DNA of 62,702 bases, counting the filler, from Klebsormidium nitens (taxonomy: Eukaryota; Plantae; Klebsormidiophyceae): the NCBI GenBank assembly GCA_000708835.1. It is 5 parts of 5 records of this genome, joined end to end, with 100 filler letters (N's around TTAATTAATTAA, not from the genome) between each part and the next. Parts side by side here need not be neighbours in the genome. Positions count along the whole stretch, not along the records: positions 43,329 to 62,702 come from DF237505.1; 4 more parts are not named here. One strand, given 5' to 3'. A model generated the notes under the pieces. It had not been told where the DNA came from. It saw nothing but the letters and a program-made list of their open reading frames with translations, and did not search any database. Shown here piece after piece: positions 59,561 to 62,702 of the stretch (position 1 is the first letter of the stretch; each line of letters starts with the position of its first letter). The translations under genes were made by a program, and so were the position numbers.

Positions 59561-60133
59561 GTGGTCTCCGCACAGACCTTGGCTCTAGCGTTTGCCGGGC
59601 GTGACATGCTAGAAGTAGACATCATGACAGGTAGTGCGGGTGTAGGAACCGTGGTCACGGATGGCTTGCTGGCAGCCACGTCGGGAACGATCAGACACCT
59701 GGTCATCGACATAGCCAACCTACACATGGCCGCGGATGCGGGCAGCCCCCACCCCATTACCGGGTGCACTGGTTACGACCTAGACAAGGCGAGAGCGTTG
59801 GCGGTGGCGTTGCGATCGAAGAGGGTCTATAGTATTTCTCTGCGCGCGGGCAGGGAGTGCGGATCGTTGGGCGATTGTGTCTGCCCTTCGGACTTGTTGG
59901 AGGTATTGGTGAGGGAGAGTGGGGCACGATTCGTCTTGTCCGACGCACTTGTGACTGCTTTTGTCGGCATGAAGGAGGAGGATTTTAGAGCTCGCTTCGG
60001 AGATAATCCGAACCCGCTCGGCATAGAAGTCATGAAAAAGCAGATATGCTGCGCTCAGCCTGTGAGGTTGCAAAGGTCTCGTTGCTGTGGCCCCCAAGGT
60101 CAGGGTCTCGAAAGTCTACCCGAGACTTGGTGA
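59561..60133 (+). CDS. Hypothetical protein
   Basis: ORF collinear with the F-box gene; no recognised motif. Confidence 0.4.
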   Translation: MVSAQTLALAFAGRDMLEVDIMTGSAGVGTVVTDGLLAATSGTIRHLVIDIANLHMAADAGSPHPITGCTGYDLDKARALAVALRSKRVYSISLRAGRECGSLGDCVCPSDLLEVLVRESGARFVLSDALVTAFVGMKEEDFRARFGDNPNPLGIEVMKKQICCAQPVRLQRSRCCGPQGQGLESLPETW

Positions 60134-60315
60134 GAGCATTCGGGGGGCACTGGATAGATCCTAGCTCCATATAACACTTGCGAATCTGAATCCTATCATC
60201 CCTTACTCTGTTCCACTTCTCGTGCACAAGCCATGATCATTCAACACTTGTAATGCATCTGACGTTGCACCTCGAAATGTTTCCAATTGGGAGATCACCG
60301 TACGATTCGATGTTA

Positions 60316-62584
60316 CAGTCTGTCCAGAATAAAATGGCACACCTGGTTTTCTGAAAAAACTGATCCTCAAGAGTATCATGGAAGCGTCTCGGACGCCAGC
60401 GTCCGAAACCCCAGCTCCAGAAGCTTCTAGATCGCCACGTCGAAACGACAGGCGTCCGAAGAGAGACGGCCCAGAAGCATCTTCCTTTCGGACGACCGTC
60501 CGAGAGAGATCTCGCTCGGAGTATATAAACCAAAAAACTTCATCTCTCACGACATTCACAGATGGACGATGGAACGGATGGCTTCGAGGGGACGAAGAGG
60601 AAGCGCCCAGACATCGCTCTACGAATCCAACAGCGAAGGGGCAAAGAGACCTCTGTGGTACAGACGGGATGGAACGTCCTCTGTCAGGACCTCGTAATCA
60701 GAGACCGGATCGAAGAGATCATCCCAGAAGTGACTCGCATCCGAATCGAGACCTGCCTCCTGCTCAACCTGCACTTTATCCGCCTTCTCGAGGAAGGGAG
60801 ACCCATACCCGTCATCGACCAGAATCTGGTCGGTCGGGCGATGCAGTGCACATATGCCAGAAAAGCACAAGCAGACTCGGAACTCCAAGAGACATTCGAC
60901 CATCACTACCTGCCCCTCTGCCCCAATCGCCCAGTCAACAGCTGCCTTCCTCGCATCACCAACATCCTCCTGGACCTCCGCAACCAACTGCTCTGCAACA
61001 TCAAGAATCACGTCTCGGTCCTCTTCCAGTCACGACACAAGGCCTTCATGAAGCTCCTCCTGCGAGAAGCAGCCCCGGGCGTGCCTTTCTTCGAGGAGGC
61101 GGACGAGGATCTGGAGTCGTGCACCCGGCTGTTGACGACCGCCACGTTGTGGCGCCCGAACGAAACCGTCCGAGAGTTGCTGCCGGAGTATCCTCGCATA
61201 TATGGAAGGATCCCAGAGGCTGCCATCGAGTGCCTGCAAGATCTGGTAGACTCAGTCAGGCCGGAGGTCGGGCCGCTGCCTGCGGCGCCCCAGAGCAGAC
61301 CTCACCTCTACATGCCCTGGATGAGGATCATCAGCGAGGAGTCATCGGACCGAGAGCTGCGGTCTTTCTCGCTGGTGCCTCATGCCTCCTTCTCCGCACC
61401 TTTCATCGCAATCACTCCTACCACATGGCCCGAGCTGCAGCCCAAGACCGGCAAGAGAAAAGCTCCCAGAGAGCTCCGTGATGCTTTTCCCTCCATCGGA
61501 AGGCTGGAGAGCGGTGGGAAGACCTTCACAGACCGGATCACCACGGACGGAGTGTCCGCTAGCGTGTACTTCTTGGTGGAGAAGAGAACGCCCCCTCCGG
61601 AGGACAGAATGGTCCACATCCACCCCAAGCAGCGCGTGGTGGGATTGGACCCAGGAAAGCACCCTGACTTCCTCACGGGCATCGCTTTGACGGGAGATTG
61701 GGACGGAATCGAGTGTCAAGAAGAGATCATTGGCCTGGGGACCAAAGACTTCTACCACCGAGCGGGATTCAAGAAACGGACGTTCCTCATGCACACCTGG
61801 ATGTCCAGAGACCTGGATGTAGCAGCATTCAACGAGAATGCTCCTTCGGGGAACACCGTGAACCTGGAGGACTTCGGGAAGAGGGTGACCTCCGTCTGTG
61901 CAAACCTGTACGTCCTGGTACGCTTTCACACCGCGAGAAGGGTCCGAAAGCTGAGAAGGCGAGTGACTATCAAGAAGCAGATCGAGGTGGACAGAGCCTG
62001 CAAGAGGATCACGGCAGGGAAGAAGACCGTGGTAGCTTTCGGGGCCGCACAGGTGTGGCCTGGCAGGACCAAGAGGCAGTGTGGTCCATGCGAGTCAGTG
62101 AAGAGGCGACTCAGCAGCCACCACAAGGCGACGGTGGTCATGACAGACGAGTTCAGGACGAGCCAGGTGTGCAGCACGTGCCACTCGGACGTCGGCAAGT
62201 TCGCCGTGCTGAAGAGGCAGCATGTGACGGAGGATGGGATTCCGACTGTGACCGAAGGAGGGCGTCGTGAGGACGAAGACGAGGACGGAGGAGGGAGGAC
62301 GAGCTACAAGACATGCCACAACGTGCGAGCGTGTACTAACCCGCTCTGTCGCATGGTGTGGAATAGAGACGTCAATGCAGCTCGTAACATAGCTTGGATC
62401 TGTATGAGCATAGCGAGAGGCGAGGACAGGCCGGCAGAGTTCACGAGAGCAGGAGTCTGGGGATGACAGATAGATAGTTCGAAGACATAGCTGCCTAGAA
62501 ACGAGTTCATCTAGGCACCTCGGTGAGAACCCGAGATACGGCTGAGTACTATGGAGAGTGTGCCATTTTACTCTGAACGGACTG
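60316..62584 (+). mobile_element. Non-autonomous Tc1/mariner-type element carrying Fanzor (2269 bp; 27-bp TIRs; TA TSD)
   Basis: Left TIR cagtctgtccagaataaaatggcacac (60316-60342) matches the reverse complement of 62558-62584 at 24/27 positions. TA at 60314-60315 and 62585-62586. No transposase inside. Confidence 0.92.
60562..62466 (+). CDS. Fanzor: Fanzor (eukaryotic TnpB-like RNA-guided RuvC endonuclease)
   Basis: 634 aa, uninterrupted. RuvC-I GLDPG, RuvC-II TDEFRTSQ, Zn finger CSTC...CTNPLC, RuvC-III NRDVNAARNI; N-terminal KRKRP NLS-like motif. Confidence 0.95.
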   Translation: MDDGTDGFEGTKRKRPDIALRIQQRRGKETSVVQTGWNVLCQDLVIRDRIEEIIPEVTRIRIETCLLLNLHFIRLLEEGRPIPVIDQNLVGRAMQCTYARKAQADSELQETFDHHYLPLCPNRPVNSCLPRITNILLDLRNQLLCNIKNHVSVLFQSRHKAFMKLLLREAAPGVPFFEEADEDLESCTRLLTTATLWRPNETVRELLPEYPRIYGRIPEAAIECLQDLVDSVRPEVGPLPAAPQSRPHLYMPWMRIISEESSDRELRSFSLVPHASFSAPFIAITPTTWPELQPKTGKRKAPRELRDAFPSIGRLESGGKTFTDRITTDGVSASVYFLVEKRTPPPEDRMVHIHPKQRVVGLDPGKHPDFLTGIALTGDWDGIECQEEIIGLGTKDFYHRAGFKKRTFLMHTWMSRDLDVAAFNENAPSGNTVNLEDFGKRVTSVCANLYVLVRFHTARRVRKLRRRVTIKKQIEVDRACKRITAGKKTVVAFGAAQVWPGRTKRQCGPCESVKRRLSSHHKATVVMTDEFRTSQVCSTCHSDVGKFAVLKRQHVTEDGIPTVTEGGRREDEDEDGGGRTSYKTCHNVRACTNPLCRMVWNRDVNAARNIAWICMSIARGEDRPAEFTRAGVWG

Positions 62585-62606
62585 TACTATACAGCATGTG
62601 GTCCGG
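62440..62606 (+). ncRNA. Predicted Fanzor omega-RNA (scaffold through the right TIR plus flank-derived guide); 5' boundary approximate
   Basis: Position matches TnpB/Fanzor omega-RNA. Hairpins tgcctaga/tctaggca (62492-62517) and ctcgg/ccgag (~62519-62535). Guide would be ctatacagcatgtggtccgg after the TA. Confidence 0.7.
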
Positions 62607-62702
62607 TTGCCATCTGCGTTGCACCTCGAATATATTGCCGGTTGAGATTGCTGGTTGTCAGTACGTTTCTTAGTATACATTCTCCTCTTCATCATGAAGA
62701 CA

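Larger units (their letters stand above)
43329..60200. mobile_element. Endogenous large-DNA-virus-like segment (NCLDV/Polinton-related)
   Basis: Abrupt change to dense, mostly intronless ORFs with short spacers. Content includes Prim-Pol, penton-like, Bro/KilA-like, HNH-like, ZnF-endonuclease, histone-fold and F-box genes. No major capsid or DNA polymerase seen in the window. Confidence 0.7.

Noticed and set aside
60378-61481. 367-aa ORF overlapping Fanzor in another frame
   Set aside because: Low-complexity P/R/S-rich shadow frame running through the promoter-like repeats.

Overview
Eukaryotic scaffold with spliceosomal GT-AG introns, N-gaps and TTAATTAATTAA gap linkers. Intron style and repeat content suggest a green alga such as Klebsormidium (inference). 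It is almost entirely mobile or virus-derived DNA. (1) 0.5-11 kb: two diverged, oppositely oriented copies of a three-gene module (tyrosine recombinase, small Cys-containing ORF, Prim-Pol primase fused to a helicase). The copies carry different helicase families; one is interrupted by a 759-bp TIR element, and a KDZ-type transposase lies between them. (2) 13-21.5 kb: a multi-exon AEP primase / UL9-like helicase gene next to a 107-bp tandem array of inverted 12-mer boxes. (3) 26-37 kb: a D5-like helicase gene with five in-frame introns, surrounded by ~116-bp arrays ending in long palindromes. (4) 37-43 kb: two Ty3/gypsy remnants. (5) 43-60 kb: a gene-dense endogenous large-DNA-virus-like segment. 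It encodes a 7-finger C2H2 nuclease inside 32-bp direct repeats, Prim-Pol, a penton-like protein, a histone-fold protein, a degenerate hybrid His kinase, an HNH-like protein, a spliced JmjC demethylase with a KDM6-like tail and an F-box protein. (6) 60.3-62.6 kb: an intact Fanzor (eukaryotic TnpB-like RNA-guided nuclease) in a non-autonomous Tc1/mariner-type element with 27-bp TIRs and a TA duplication. Family assignments come from motif recognition by eye; no database search was run.
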